DNA of 63,958 bases, counting the filler, from Diploschistes diacapsis (Eukaryota), in NCBI GenBank assembly GCA_023645945.1. It is 19 parts of 19 records of this genome, joined end to end, with 100 filler letters (N's around TTAATTAATTAA, not from the genome) between each part and the next. Parts side by side here need not be neighbours in the genome. Positions count along the whole stretch, not along the records: positions 36,815 to 38,074 come from JALAIB010003465.1; positions 38,175 to 39,433 come from JALAIB010003466.1; positions 39,534 to 40,792 come from JALAIB010003467.1; positions 40,893 to 42,151 come from JALAIB010003468.1; positions 42,252 to 43,509 come from JALAIB010003469.1; positions 43,610 to 63,958 come from JALAIB010000347.1; 13 more parts are not named here. One strand, given 5' to 3'. Position 1 is the stretch's first letter, and every line of letters starts with the position of its first letter. The translations under genes were made by a program, and so were the position numbers. The notes under the pieces are model-generated. The model was not told the DNA's origin. It searched no databases and saw only the letters and a list, made by a program, of their open reading frames with translations. Below, piece by piece: positions 36,815-50,365 of this stretch.

Positions 36815-37350
36815 GTTATATTATGCCGATATTAATATTATTATTTATTATATTTATTATTATATTCTCGGTTATTTTTTTATAAACACGGACACTATAT
36901 TATCGTAATATATTCACGGATACGGATATCGTAGTTAAATATCTTTCGATATAGATATTGATACGGATATTATATTATAATATATTCACGGGTACGGATA
37001 TCGTAATTAAAATTTTTTAAATATAAATATTAACACGGATATTATATCGTAATGTATTTACGGACACGGACACCGTAATTAAAATTTTTTCGGCACGGAC
37101 ATTGACACGGACATTATACTATAATAAAAGCACGGATACGGATATTATTGTAAAAATTTTCTCGACACGGACACTAACACGGATATTGTATTATAATAAA
37201 AGCACGGACACGGATACCGTAGCTAAAAAATCTGAAATATTAACACTGACACGGACACTGCACTTCTGTAAATCCACGGACACGGACACCGCAGCTAAAA
37301 AATCTAAAACACGGATACTGACACTGTCAGTGTCAGTGACGGCCAGCCTA
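36815..37350 (+). mobile_element. hAT-like MITE family C, long variant (partial)
   Basis: More than 500 bp of ACACGGAC/ACACTGAC arrays ending GTCAGTGACGGCCAGCCTA. Confidence 0.8.
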
Positions 37351-37399
37351 CTCCAAGTTCCTAAGCGAAATAAAAATTAATAATAACTGAAAAGATTAT

Positions 37400-37520
37400 T
37401 GTTGAAAGTGGTGGAAGTCCTAAGTTAATAGATAACTGATGACTAAGAGTGTATTCTGCAGCTAGTCCTAATTAGGAAATAATCCTAGCCTGCCTAGCCT
37501 AGTAGCTGACTATTATTCAG
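37400..37520. mobile_element. Truncated LTR family D
   Basis: Near-identical to 18840-18955. Cut off by the pogo-like TIR at 37531. Confidence 0.8.
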
Positions 37521-37530
37521 TAAAGATATA

Positions 37531-38074
37531 ACGTGTTTCACGGGGATTCCGGCCACCCCCAGATTCCGGCCACCTGAAATCAATACCGTTAACATTTTAC
37601 GGTTTTTAGATATAACCTGTTCATCGCAATCAGAATCTAATCGGTTTAAATTAAATCTATTTTTTTCTTTTTTATCTTTATCGATTTTGGAAACGCGACG
37701 ATGTTTTTTACGCGTTATAAATCGTTTCGAAATTATTCGATTCGATTTAACCCGAATTATTAACGTGTTTGACGGGGATTCCGGCCACCTTAAATCATTA
37801 TTTTTATCTTATATTCGATCTTTCTCAATAATGATTATCTCGTATAATAATAATTCGATTTTAATATAATTTAATATTAACGAATTATAATAATATATTA
37901 ATTTTCGAGAATTTACTCGCGTATTTAAAATATCTCGATCGATTATTATGAATTAATTTAATAAAACTTAATCTCGCTTTAATAATTACAAACGATTTAA
38001 ATCCTTTTAAATTTAGAAGAAAAGACATTAATACGATAAATTATATGTTTTATATAAATTAACTTTCTGTATCG
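37531..38074. mobile_element. Two nested pogo/Fot1-like termini (37531 and 37763)
   Basis: Each is TA|ACGTGTTT(C/G)ACGGGGATTCCGGCCACC. The first has a duplicated GATTCCGGCCACC. Confidence 0.75.
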
Positions 38075-38519
38075 NNNNNNNNNNNNNNNNNNNNNNNNNN
38101 NNNNNNNNNNNNNNNNNNTTAATTAATTAANNNNNNNNNNNNNNNNNNNNNNNNNNNNNNNNNNNNNNNNNNNNTTTATTAAAAACGAATTTATACGTAA
38201 TTAGAATAAGATCGAAGATTTATTTAATTTATAAATACGAATTATTATTATAAACGATAGATTATTTAATCGAAATCAAGAACATCGGTTTATTATTATT
38301 ATTCTTACTCGCGGGAGGCCTATACCCCCATGGAGTTTGCTATCCTACTTTACTAACCTCCTTTACATGTCCCTGGCCTAAAACCTTCTAAAAGGAAAAA
38401 CCTAAATCTCCTATTTTGCGCCCGCTTTGCACCCTGCTCTTCCCTTATTCAATCTATCCCGTGGCTCCTCTTGCTGCTTCGCTTTATCCCTATATCGTCG
38501 CTATCTAATCCTTTCTCCG

Positions 38520-39433
38520 CCATGTTACCATCAGGTCGCGTCTATGGGTTGGATGTCGAGTAATCTCTTAATTACCCTAAATTAACCTAATAATCCGTAT
38601 TTAACTAACCAGCGGGCCGCTATTCGAAGACCCTTCTTTTCGATCATTATTCTTCTGAAATCGCCTATGCCCGCTGTTTTAATTAACTCCTATCTGCTTT
38701 CTGCCAGCGTTCTATATAATATCAATAAATGTTTAACGTTTTAATTCCCCCAACCGTACCCGCATGCTACTAATCTTATCCTTAAGATACCTCTAAAAAA
38801 TAAAAAGTTTATTAAATCTATCTTATCGGATCGTAGTTATATTGTTATAACTATTTCCGCTTTCGATAGTCCCTCGTAGAATTTAAGTCTTTTGTTAATA
38901 ATGTTACTTTATTATACGAAAGATCTTCTTTAAAATGGTATTTCTCTGATATAAGCCTCCCACGCCTGTTATTATCTTGCTTTTAGCTGGAGTCTAGCCG
39001 CATTTCTTTTTAGGATTTTTAGTTCCCACGAGGATGTTAGCGGCGTCCGTAAGTGAAGTTCCTGCTTCAGCCAAGTTTTTTGTCTGCTGGCTGGTGTCTT
39101 CCTTTCCCTGCGGCGCCTGGCTCTGAAAATGCGACCTATCGTGAGTTCCGCGATGCGAGTATAAGTGGTAATTAGAGAATTGATGAGTCGGCTTCTGGAC
39201 CTTATGATTAAATTGTATAAATAAAAATTTATAAAAAGGATATATAGCTCTGCTTTCAGCGTTCTCGAGTTAACCGCACGGTAACCGCCGGAAATAATTT
39301 TTAACCCTTGATTCTAGATCTTATCGAGCCTGCGTATAATTTGTTTTTATTTTGTCGTGGGGTCCTTTCAGGCCACGATCCTATAGCTAATTGTTAAACG
39401 AATTATTGCCGTATAAATTAATCTACTTTATTA
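38520..39433 (-). mobile_element. Tad1-like LINE ORF2 3' end, RIP-mutated
   Basis: Minus-strand DFRRIMIEKKGLRIAARWLVKYGLLG*F resembles the AARW/F..TGLLGQF C-terminus of fungal Tad1-clade ORF2. Confidence 0.55.
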
Positions 39434-40513
39434 NNNNNNNNNNNNNNNNNNNNNNNNNNNNNNNNNNNNNNNNNNNNTTAATTAATTAANNNNNNNNNNN
39501 NNNNNNNNNNNNNNNNNNNNNNNNNNNNNNNNNAGAAGGCGAGCTCTTCATTATTCTTACTTAACTTTATTAATAGGTTTATAAAAAAGCATACTACCGA
39601 CGCAAATAAAACCATATTAATATCTTAAATATATTAAGTATATCATTTCCGAATTATTAATAACTTATGTTAAAATTAGAATTACGAAATATCGATATTA
39701 CGTATCGCATCTTTATATAAATATTAATATTTCTTTCTTTTCTAAAAATTATTATTAATAAAGTTTTATTTAGATCCCTTTTATCTTCTAGCTACACGTT
39801 CGTATATTATACTAATAGAGCGATATACTTATTATAACAAACTTTAGACGTGACGATCCGCTTTCTTCATCATATATAAACAATAAATCCACATATATCA
39901 AACAAGTGAAAAAATATACGAACAAACAAAAACGAGAATCAAAATCGAAATCGAATCCCTTATATACTTTCTACTTACATTCTACTATACTAACATCCCC
40001 GCGATTATTATTTCCACATACTAATATATATATAAAAGGCCCGTTACTCCCGTAAAAACAACGAATTCCCCTATTATTACCAACAAAAATACTATTAATA
40101 ATATTCTTTCTCCTGTAAAATAAACGATACTCGAATTAATTGATATAATTACGTCGGAATTAACGGAAATATAGAAACAAAAATAGATTATACTCGAAAT
40201 TTAAAGAAATATAATCGATAATTTATATTTTATTATTATATTAATATAGAATCGAGAACGTTTTTTCAAACGCCTTGTCGTTTCACGACGCTTTAAGACG
40301 TTTATTATTTTTACGATGCGTGCATCCTCGCCTTTTATAAATAAGCTCGTTTACTCGCAGGATCATGCTTCTCGTATATTTAGAAAAGGGTAGGAAGATA
40401 GGCCTAATAAAAGAACAAGATTCATCACATATGCTAAAAATAAGACTTAAGATATCAATATTTCTTTTTATTAATCTAAAACGTATATACCTGTTAATAG
40501 TTAGGTTCGCACT

Positions 40514-40792
40514 TGTTACGATCCAAGGTACTAGGCGTAGTACTTGGCACGCAACAGCTAGTCGGGCACTTCCCAACCATTCCTTATATATAGTTCAATC
40601 AGGGTGACACGGCTCACGTGATGGGTAAAAGATCTGAAAGACCGTTCTATTTAATTATAAATAGAAGGAAAGAACGGTAATTCTATTTATTTATTTATTT
40701 ATTTATTTTACTACGGGAATTATTAGTTATATAAGAACGTCGTTATAGTCTTTATAAATCCGGGGCGTGTTTACTTTTATAAACATTTTTAG
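40514..40792 (+). mobile_element. LTR family A
   Basis: Homologous to 32406-32633, including the (TTTA)n tract. Confidence 0.85.
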
Positions 40793-41519
40793 NNNNNNNN
40801 NNNNNNNNNNNNNNNNNNNNNNNNNNNNNNNNNNNNTTAATTAATTAANNNNNNNNNNNNNNNNNNNNNNNNNNNNNNNNNNNNNNNNNNNNATATTAAC
40901 CTTAAATATTAATCGATAATATTAATTAAAAATATTTTTTAATAAAATAAGTTTACCGGAGCTTTATATCGAATTAATAGAACGTAAAATACGATTAAAA
41001 CCCGAAATAAAACCGAAAAACAACGACAGAAAACTATTAATATAAATCTCGATTAAAATTTTAAAATTAATAAAGATAATATTATAAGCCGGCGACGGGA
41101 TAGACACGGATTCTCTACGAGTTACAAAAAGAGAACGACCGGACGCAGAAGGCGAAATAAAGTTAATATAAAAAAGTTCCGTTTTAAAATCAATACGAGA
41201 AAACATAAACGAACCGACGATAAATTTACGAAATATAAAAATCGATATTAAAACGGATAAGTTCCGATGACGCAAAATAATTCTAAATAAATTTAAAGCG
41301 TTTGAACTATTAATTATTCGTTATAGATTAATAATTTAATCGGTTAGAACATCGTTCGCGACCCGCGTTTCATATAAACGTAAATGTTCGTAATTTAAGA
41401 TAATTTTCGGCCTAAATTACCATATTAGCGTTATAAACGCCTAAATATTTAGCTAATATACGCACTTTTAGGTCTATTGGCTCTATAAAGGTTTTCTTAA
41501 GTTAGATAACGGTCTAAAC

Positions 41520-42035
41520 TAGGCTGGCCGTTTCGTGCCACGGTCACTGACACGGACACTGCAGCAAAAATTTTCAAAACACGGATACTGATACGGACAC
41601 GACAGCTAAAATTTTAAAACACGGATACTAACACGGATATTATATTATAATAAAAGCACGGACACGGATATTATAATTAAAAATTTTAAATATTAATATT
41701 AATACGGACATTACATTTCCGTAAATTTATCGAAATATTACGATAAATTTACCGAAATACCGAGATAAAAATTTTTTAAAAAATAAAAGCGTAAAAAATA
41801 AACGTAATGATTCTAAAATTATTAAAATTCAAATTTTTTTTTAAAATATTTCGATGGATACACGGATACGGACATTATAATTAAAAATTTTAAAACATTA
41901 ATATTAATACAAATATTATACTTCCGTGAATCCACGAACACGAACACCGCAACAAAAATTTAAAACACGAACACTGACATTATTAATATCCGTGTTACTG
42001 ACACGACCGTATTAGTGTCAATAACGGCCAGCCTA
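41520..42035 (+). mobile_element. Complete 516-bp hAT-like MITE (family C)
   Basis: TIRs TAGGCTGGCCGT...ACGGCCAGCCTA. The 8-bp flanks GTCTAAAC and GTAGAAAC match at 6 of 8 positions and fit the hAT-like GTnnnnAC pattern. The interior is a non-coding ACACGG array. Confidence 0.82.
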
Positions 42036-44847
42036 GTAGAAACCGCTTTCGAAAACTAGCGATAAAAGTTTATTTATTAATAAAATTAAGGTTCAATTAA
42101 TTTAAAAATTTATATAAACCTTAAACCCTTTTATCATAATTAATTAAATTANNNNNNNNNNNNNNNNNNNNNNNNNNNNNNNNNNNNNNNNNNNNTTAAT
42201 TAATTAANNNNNNNNNNNNNNNNNNNNNNNNNNNNNNNNNNNNNNNNNNNNAATAAATAATATCCGTATCTAAAAATTAAAATATTATAACTACGTGAAT
42301 CCTAAGTCGTTATTTAGACGATAAAATAAATTGATAAATAAAATAAGATTAAGTATAATAATCGAATATATTAATACCGATAAATAATATAAGATCTAAA
42401 TATCCGATGTTTAAAAGATTATTAAGACCAGTTTAATCAAATTTAAAAAAGATAAAACGTTCATTTTTTAAGAACTAAAACTATTTAAAAATTACAGAAA
42501 AGGCAACAACATAATATTTATCCGAAAGCTACTAGAACGTCTAATTAACGATCTAATACCTGATATTAAAGATATTAGTCAGTATGTACTCAAATTGATT
42601 TGTGAAGTGAAGATGCATTCCAAAAGCTATAGCTACCATCGAGCTCTTTATAGCTACTATTATAGCTACTAAACGGGTGGATGCCCAATGGTATTATGTC
42701 TCATAGCGTTACAGGCGACGCCAGCGAGGGCAGAGACAAGCGAGCTCAGCAAGAACAAGCGACTCTTCCTAGTAGTATTATAGTTATTATAATATCCACC
42801 GATATAAAAATGTTTATGTCCACATAAGCAGTGTTCTAAATAGGTACCGAATGAGCGAGATAAAATTTTCGACATTCGTCCCAAAATATTTTAGTAATAT
42901 ATCCTATATTGCTTCCTTTTTTTTTATTTTTAAGGTAATTCTGTTTCTCTATCAACCTTGCCTCCATTTTGTAAACATAGTCTTAGTCCTATATCTTTAA
43001 TAGGTCTGTATTTACGGCGTCGTTGTACCTTTGCTTGAACTCGGCGATCCGGTCTGCCGAGTGTCGTTATAATTCTCGCTCGATGATCTATATATTATCG
43101 ATAATATCGTATCTTATTTATCGGATTAAATATTACGTACTTCATCCGCGTCTTTTACGTATACGACGTTTAATAAATAATCGTTCTACCTCGTATTCTT
43201 CTTCGATTCTTATTATTATAAATAACGGCGGTAAAGGTCGTCGGCGATAAAGGTCGTTAACTGAATCTAATACCGACTTAAGATATATAATATTAATAAT
43301 ATCGTGAATATAATAATAATCCGGTAACTATAATTTATAAACTAATTTATTAATACGCTTTAAGATCTTGAAAGGTCTAGTAAGTTAAACGAAAAGCTTG
43401 ATATTAATTATAATAAACAGCTTATATTCCCGATATAAATATAATATAATATAATTTTCAATTTTTATAAAATAGGTTTTATAACGTTTATCGTAGGTTT
43501 CTTTTATAANNNNNNNNNNNNNNNNNNNNNNNNNNNNNNNNNNNNNNNNNNNNTTAATTAATTAANNNNNNNNNNNNNNNNNNNNNNNNNNNNNNNNNNN
43601 NNNNNNNNNTCTACCCCCAGACCCCAAATCTTCTTCCCTCACCATCCCCGCATCACAAGCATATACGTCCCCCCATCCCTTCTTCCTCCTCCTGTCCATA
43701 AGAGACAAGGAAACAAGGAAACAAGGAACCCATGGGCGGACCGTCTATAGCTGATGCCACATCAAGCTCTCCCTCTTATCCAGCCCCCCCGGATTACGTC
43801 TCCTGGTCCCTTCGCGGTCAGGTGCCGTGTATGGAGGGGGGGGCTTTATTCCGGGGGAAACATGCGATATGGCCATTTGTGAGACTGTATATGTTTTTTG
43901 GCGAGAGAGTGGAGAGAGGCTGGGAGAGAAGGGGGAGAGTTGGAGGTGATGGAAGGAGGAGGGAGGGATTAGAGGGGCTAGGCCGGATGGGCGCCGAGGT
44001 GCAGATGAGGAGATAGGTGAGAGAGGATCGGGCAAGGGGGGCGGGAACGTGGGCGATATATATAACAAGGGCAACAAGGGGCGGGGGAGAAGAAGTGTAA
44101 GAGGCACCCGCCCGGTCGTGAATATTATGAGAGCTGGAGATGGACGAGTTACAATGTCAGCGGATCGACACAGTTCCTCGTTGTGCACACACCGCGATGT
44201 TCACAATTCACGCGTGGCACGCATACGGGCCGTGCAAAGTGGTTCGAAGCGAACAAAAAGCTTGACCGCCAGCATGCTGCTCTGCAGTGACATGCCGTCG
44301 GCTTGTAAGCTCGTAGAATTGAATCCGACCCTGCTCGCTTTCTATCCTATCTTCTATGGCGACAATCAGGCGAAATGATAATAACAACAACTAGAATCGC
44401 TTCCCATGACCGGCATGGGTAGGCATGATGTATTGCGTTGGAAATGTACCCTCTGCCTCAATCTTTCCATTGTCAAAGGAGTGGTGAAGTATTGTGTATA
44501 ATAGAAACCGCGTGTTAGTGGAGAAAATGTCTGAACGACGGATGAAAATCTAGTGAATTGGCTCACGGAGAATTAAAAGCCGCAGAATCTGAAGTTGAAC
44601 TTGGACCGCGAGTCGCGGCAATCGACGCTTCCAGTGAAAGGGAAGGGGGGGGGGGAAGGTCGAGGGTTCGAAGTGTCAGCGCTACCACCACTTCGTATCC
44701 ATCAGCTCACCCACTAGACAGCATGATCCCGCCGCGAAAACGGCGAAAGGAAGGTGCAACAAAGAGTAGACCGCCCATATTGTTCATGTATAAGGTACAG
44801 TATCGACAAGATAAGAGTCAAGGGTGTAGGTGGCGCGCGGTTGCAGG

Positions 44848-46416
44848 CTACTCGAGACGGCGGCGCTGTGAGGGTCTGCCTTCGCCAGTGGAACGGCGCT
44901 CTTGCCCGGCAGCCGCTGCGGTGCTTGGGCCAGCGATAGGCTGGATGTGCCTCCATTGGTCTGCGGGAGACGTTGGCGATTGCATCTCTTCGGGATCTTC
45001 ATAGAGTTGTTCACCGGCTTGTGCCTGAGCTATGAGGTCGCGCAGCTTGTTGAGATATCTTGTTCCAGCTTCCTCTTCCGCAAGCCTATGCAAGAGCCGT
45101 TCGAGTTCATTGAGCAGATGGCGCCAAGCAGGCGCTGGGAGTTCTTCGAGGTAGTCAAGGGCAAAGAATTGGCCACGGTAGCCTGGGCTAGGGTCTGAAA
45201 TGAGGTTCGTAAATAGATTGCAGTCGCGTTCCTCTTCAGGGTCTTCATCCTCGATTTCTCGCCACGTAGAGTCCCTGTAGATATTCTTGTTGTGATTGCA
45301 AACCTCATCTAGGAGCCAGAGAACGAGCTCGGCGGACTTTTTGTCGAATTCGCGGCTCAACGGTGCGCGCTCTGATCTTCGATAGTCTAGGATCTCTGAA
45401 ATAATCCGGCGGATGCTTGAGGCACAGCCATGGACAAATGCTGCTTTGAACCGTGGCCCTTGATTGGCGTAGTTATCGAGGCGCTGCAAGAAGGTGACTG
45501 ACAGCCTCTTCAGCTTGGTTAGAAAATCATCGGCGCAGATGTCTTTCGTTACGGCATTGCGAAGACGGTCACGGAAAATAGGGTCATGTTGGGCCAACGC
45601 AAAGATGGTAACAGAGAGATTACCGCGGACCACCAGTTCTTGAAAGCGCAAGTCCTTACTTTCTGGCAATGAATCATAGAATTCATCACCGAAATCATGC
45701 CACAAGCGATCGTTATCGAAAACAGCGAGCATGTCCTGGATCAGTTCATCGACGTCTTCTGAGGCTTCATCCCATGCTAAGTTGAGTAAGTCGGGTATAT
45801 CCTCAATTCGGCTTCCGATAGCATCGTGGAGATCACTGAAGCGTTGCTCGACACTATCTTGGTCTCCTGACTGTACGGGTTGCTCGTCGTTTTCATGGAA
45901 AATGTGACTGAGACCATCATACAACCACTAGTCATGTCAGTAATGGAGAACAGAGCGTGAAGATACGGACGCATAGCTCACATATATGTGGCCACACATG
46001 GCCGTATTCTGGCCTTTCTTAAACTCCTCGCATGTGCAGGTGACTCTCCGGGGGCCAGCGGCAGGGTCTCCTATACGGACGCTTGCTGTCTGGCTTAGCT
46101 GTAAGGCAAAATATTCATCAGTGCCCCGTAGATGCATTCTTGCATAGTCTACCCTAAGGTTCTCCGACTGAAGTCCGCGTTCAGCGATTCCTCGGGCATC
46201 CGAGCTGAGGTTTCGAAGGTTATATGGAACACCTCGGTGGCTTAAGATTGTAGCCATATGACCTGCAGTATCAGGTTCTCTCCCTCCTTGCTCGGCCAGT
46301 TGTTGGCGTTCAGCCTGTTCACGCTGCCGTCGGCGGCGTTGTGCTTGCATCTTCTTAGTAAGAACCATTCCTCCCCCTATTGTCAAATTTTGGAGTTGCC
46401 GTGTTGGAAGAGACAT
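44848..46416 (-). CDS. SWIM zinc-finger domain protein (fungal, uncharacterised)
   Basis: Exons 46416-45982 and 45927-44848 (intron GTGAGC..CTGAC..TAG). The SWIM motif CTC-x11-CGHIY|WL spans the junction, followed by an acidic helical C-terminal region. Confidence 0.85.
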
Positions 46417-49400
46417 TAGGATTAGGGAGTACAATCAGCTAGTTGTTCTCTCCTAGCCAGGAAGTGTTACGCTTCATTCAAGCTCTTATATATAACAATT
46501 GCATGATACCGTTGTATCTATGCAGAGGCTCCGACGCACGCACGTACATGGCCTCCAATCTACTCTTCAGCCTCGCAGCAGCGTTGGTGACACGTACGAG
46601 ATCATCACAAAAACATGGTCTTGATTAATCGCTCATTGCTCCTTCGGCTGCCGCCGCGGCCGCCAAAGGTCACCCTTGGTGTGGTAGAAGTTCAACTTGA
46701 TTCGTCTGCGGTAGACATAGCTGAGCACACTCGCGCCGAGCGCGCTTTTTCGGCAAATATTTGTCGGCTGTTTCGAATTACCGCATTAGGTTGCCATATT
46801 CGCGATTAGGAGAAATAGAACCTGGAGGTCAGTCACTGTAAGAGATACTTCTGGAGAGTTGCCCCCAACGATTGCCAACTAGAGAAGGGCTCATTTCGGG
46901 AGGTCTTCCGCATACGTGTTTCCTCTGCATGCGATAGGTAGAGATAAGTGCATCCGTCCCTTGTCCTAGCCGTATAGGGTTCGGTTGCGATTAGAATTGC
47001 GGCAAACGAGGAACTCCTTGGGGAACGCAGTGAACTTTTGGAGTGATTCCTGGTGAGCAACGCCGAGGCTGACTTCCCAAAATGCCATAATCCCCAGTCG
47101 TTAGGTGAGTGTAACATTCAGGGCGTCTCTCGCGTGAACGATGATAAGACATGACCCACATGGAAGCATGATCACGTGACAGTCGGCAGCTGCTAGCCCT
47201 GCCAAGAGCGAAGCGATAGGCCAAAGAGGAATAGCACTCGAGTGACTTGCGGCTACACCATTTTAGCTCGGTTTTGTACGCAATCCTCCGCACCCAATCG
47301 ATTTTCTGCCAGTCGACATACCGCCATGAGATAACTCTCGTTGCGCGGCAGAAAGGCCAACAGATGTTCCTCGTCAGTGCGAATTAATGTCGGCAGACAG
47401 CACTTCTGACCTTCCAGAGCGCGAGGCTTCTAGCGATCTGAATCATGCAGATGCTGCGAGGCAGATATCAGGCATCACAATATGGCACAGTAATGTGGCC
47501 CAAGCGAGGAAACTGAAAGCGGAGCAAACTATACGAGAAGATGCAAGACTTACCTGCAAGGTGATGAAAAGAGAAGTCCTCAAACTCACACAATGCGTTT
47601 GTGTGCTGAATTGACTTCCCGTAACCAGTGCCTAAGGCACGGTCGTTGGCGTTGCATCACCAGAGTAGATATCTCGTAGGAGCATTGCGATACCCGTGCC
47701 ACCTCCAAAAGCAGAGCTGAGCGTCGAAAGAGTTATCGTTCATATTTCAAAAGATTTTCCGTTGCCCGATGTCCTCTTTGGACCCGAAGATTTTGAGGTG
47801 CTTGTTTACCACGACACGTTTTCCGGACGTTTGTGAAGTCATCCTCCAAACGACGGCCGCCGCATACGACGAAAAACGATAATAAACGTAAGTGTAGTGA
47901 CTAAGACGAGCATCTGCCGAGCAAAAGCAAAAATGGGCTAACAATCGTTTTTTTCGCCAGTTGGGGGAGCGAAATACTCCAACGCTAGAAGAAGGGATCA
48001 ATGTTCTACAGGAAGAAGGCTTTTGCATGGCCACAGTCAAAAACAAGAAGTCTGAGCCAAGCGATCTGCCAAGACCTTAATGTGCTAACCTATTTACGGA
48101 TAGCTCCATAGGAGGAGCTTCTGCTCGTGGTGACGTCACTAATCTTGCTATATGGCATTGCCATATCCATACGGACGGAGGAGCCTTCTCGAGTGCAGTA
48201 GCAATGTGGAGCATCTACGAACTAGAAGACATCGGAAGCTGGCCCCCAACATGCACTCATCGTCAGTAAGGCATTTTTACATAGGTTCTTTCAAGACTCG
48301 GACCTTGGACTGCGTCGAGGTTGGCATGGAAGCCCCAGTTCTCTGGACCATCGTTCACTTCGAGAACTAGGGAGCCTATTTTCACGTAGTCTATCACGCT
48401 TTAACGACGGCTTCTTTATCGGCATTCCCATCCAACCTGTCCGAGACCAGCCCCGAATTCGAACGGCATTCACTAGCAACGCCTTGTGTTATGGTTTTGG
48501 AACCTTTATAGCCCAGCATTGCAAGTCGAGTCCGCTTGAAGCAACGACAAGCTGCATATCCATTGTGCAGTAGTCCAACTATAACATAGGCAACCTAGCG
48601 GACTGGCTAGCTCTTCCCACCTCATCTCTACGACGGCCAATGCCCATTAGCACATGGCTTCTCAACCCAACTTTGGTAAAGCAAACACCCTCGACGTGAA
48701 CAATGACTCCCTGCTGTGGTTGCGGATAGCCTGTGCCTGCTAGGTGCGGTATCTCTTCGATGCACGGCTGAATCGCGGATGTACCCCCAACTGCGCCTGA
48801 TGCAAGCCCAACACTGAATCTCTTGCGAGTCTGAGCTTCCTTGAGCGAAAAAATTTGTGCATCGTCCCCCCTAGGCTGTGGTTGCATACGAGGCCCGGGT
48901 TCGGAGGTCGAAGGTGTTTACTGAAAATAATCGAAAGGGGCCTTAAGGAGTCGGTGTTGTCTATAGCGCAACCGGCTAGTTCCATAGCCTTCCGTGCCAT
49001 GCAAATACTAACCCCGACGACACTTGAGTGAGTGGTTAGGAGTGAACTGGGCGAGGATCTTTCCCACCCCTCAGAAGAATTTGCGTTACTAGCATGGCTT
49101 TCAGCGACGCAGAACATACGCGGGTACTGCAGTGGTTTTCCGGGGTCGGTCACTATGCTGGCACACTGACCCCGAGGCTAAACAAACAACGAAGAACATG
49201 AGCTCAAAAGGGTAGAATGATTTGTGATTCCAGTCGACTAGAGCGCTTGGCGGTCCGAAGTAAAATCGAAAGAAAAGGGGGATGCAGCATGGACCGTGGT
49301 TGGACAACCCATAGAGCGCTCCGACAGTTGTTTGCCACACCATACCTTGTACTATAAACAGACAATCGTTATTCACAGACTATGAAACAAGGTGCTCACA

Positions 49401-49811
49401 GAGCAAATTTCAAAACTTACTGAACGCTTGGCCACTATATAACATTGATAGAAATTGTCGCTTCAATCGTGTCCAGCACGTTTATTCTATACAGTCTTCG
49501 GGATTCAGACACATACAACCAGAGTAGTGAACTGAAATGATCGTCGAATCCTATCCTTCCCAGTCCTGCCTATCCTCAGCAATATCACGAATCTCCATTC
49601 CAGAATTGGGCCTTGACCGTAGAACTGGCGCATTAATTCGATCCACGAACATGGTCGCAAAAGCTGGTGGACCTCTGGCTCAACGGCGGGCTGACTTCAA
49701 ACAGAGAAGGTCAATGATGGAAGATATCGGTGCCACCCTTTGGACACCGCAAGTAAACATAGGCGATAGATGGGCCAAATAGAAGAATGGCCACAGTCGC
49801 TTGTTAGGGCA

Positions 49812-50365
49812 TCACTTGGAGTTGTTGCTCCTACTGGGCGTCGCGAACCCCTCCTTAGGGGGATGTGGTGACTGCGTGCTCTTGCCTTTGCCGCCGTCAA
49901 ATACTTGTCGTAGAGAGACACTGCCCCAAGGAAGTCCTGTCGGATCCTCGTTTCCAAGATCCTCTGGGCCAGGAGCCTTGTACGATGATCCAGCGGCAGA
50001 TTGGTTCTGTGCAACACGAAGCTTTTCTTCTTCTTCATGACGTTTTTTGCTCCCTGGATATGGGTCAGCATGTTGAAGATCAATGTGGGCATCCAAAGTA
50101 GATAACTAGCAAGGCTCTATCCGTTCTCCAGACATTCCGTAAAAGCGATAATTCAGACGCTATCGAATAACGAAACACCTCAAGACGGTGCAAGCACTGT
50201 GGACGACAAGGCAAATACAATATATATGAGTATGAAAGGTGAGAACGTACGGTGCCGACGCTGGGCGTTCCGGTTCTGAGCTTTCCGACGCTCAGTAGGG
50301 TTGGCAATATTCTTCCAGTCGCCGTCCTCGTTGCCCTCACAGCCGCCAGCAGAGCCTGCGGACAT
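49812..50365 (-). CDS. Short bZIP-like transcription factor (~118 aa)
   Basis: Exons 50365-50251 and 50053-49812. Basic region DWKNIANPTERRKAQNRNAQRRHR and conserved C-terminal GLPWGSVSL. Additional upstream coding exons are not excluded. Confidence 0.8.

Noticed and set aside
36815..37350. ACACGGAC arrays as a CRISPR-like locus
   Set aside because: The motifs are short and degenerate, the intervening sequences are themselves repeated, the array is bounded by transposon TIRs, the context is eukaryotic, and there are no cas genes.
1265..43609. TTAATTAATTAA recurring about every 1360 bp, resembling a regular repeat-spacer array
   Set aside because: It is always embedded in N runs, so it is a synthetic six-frame-stop linker. 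The periodicity comes from similar contig sizes.
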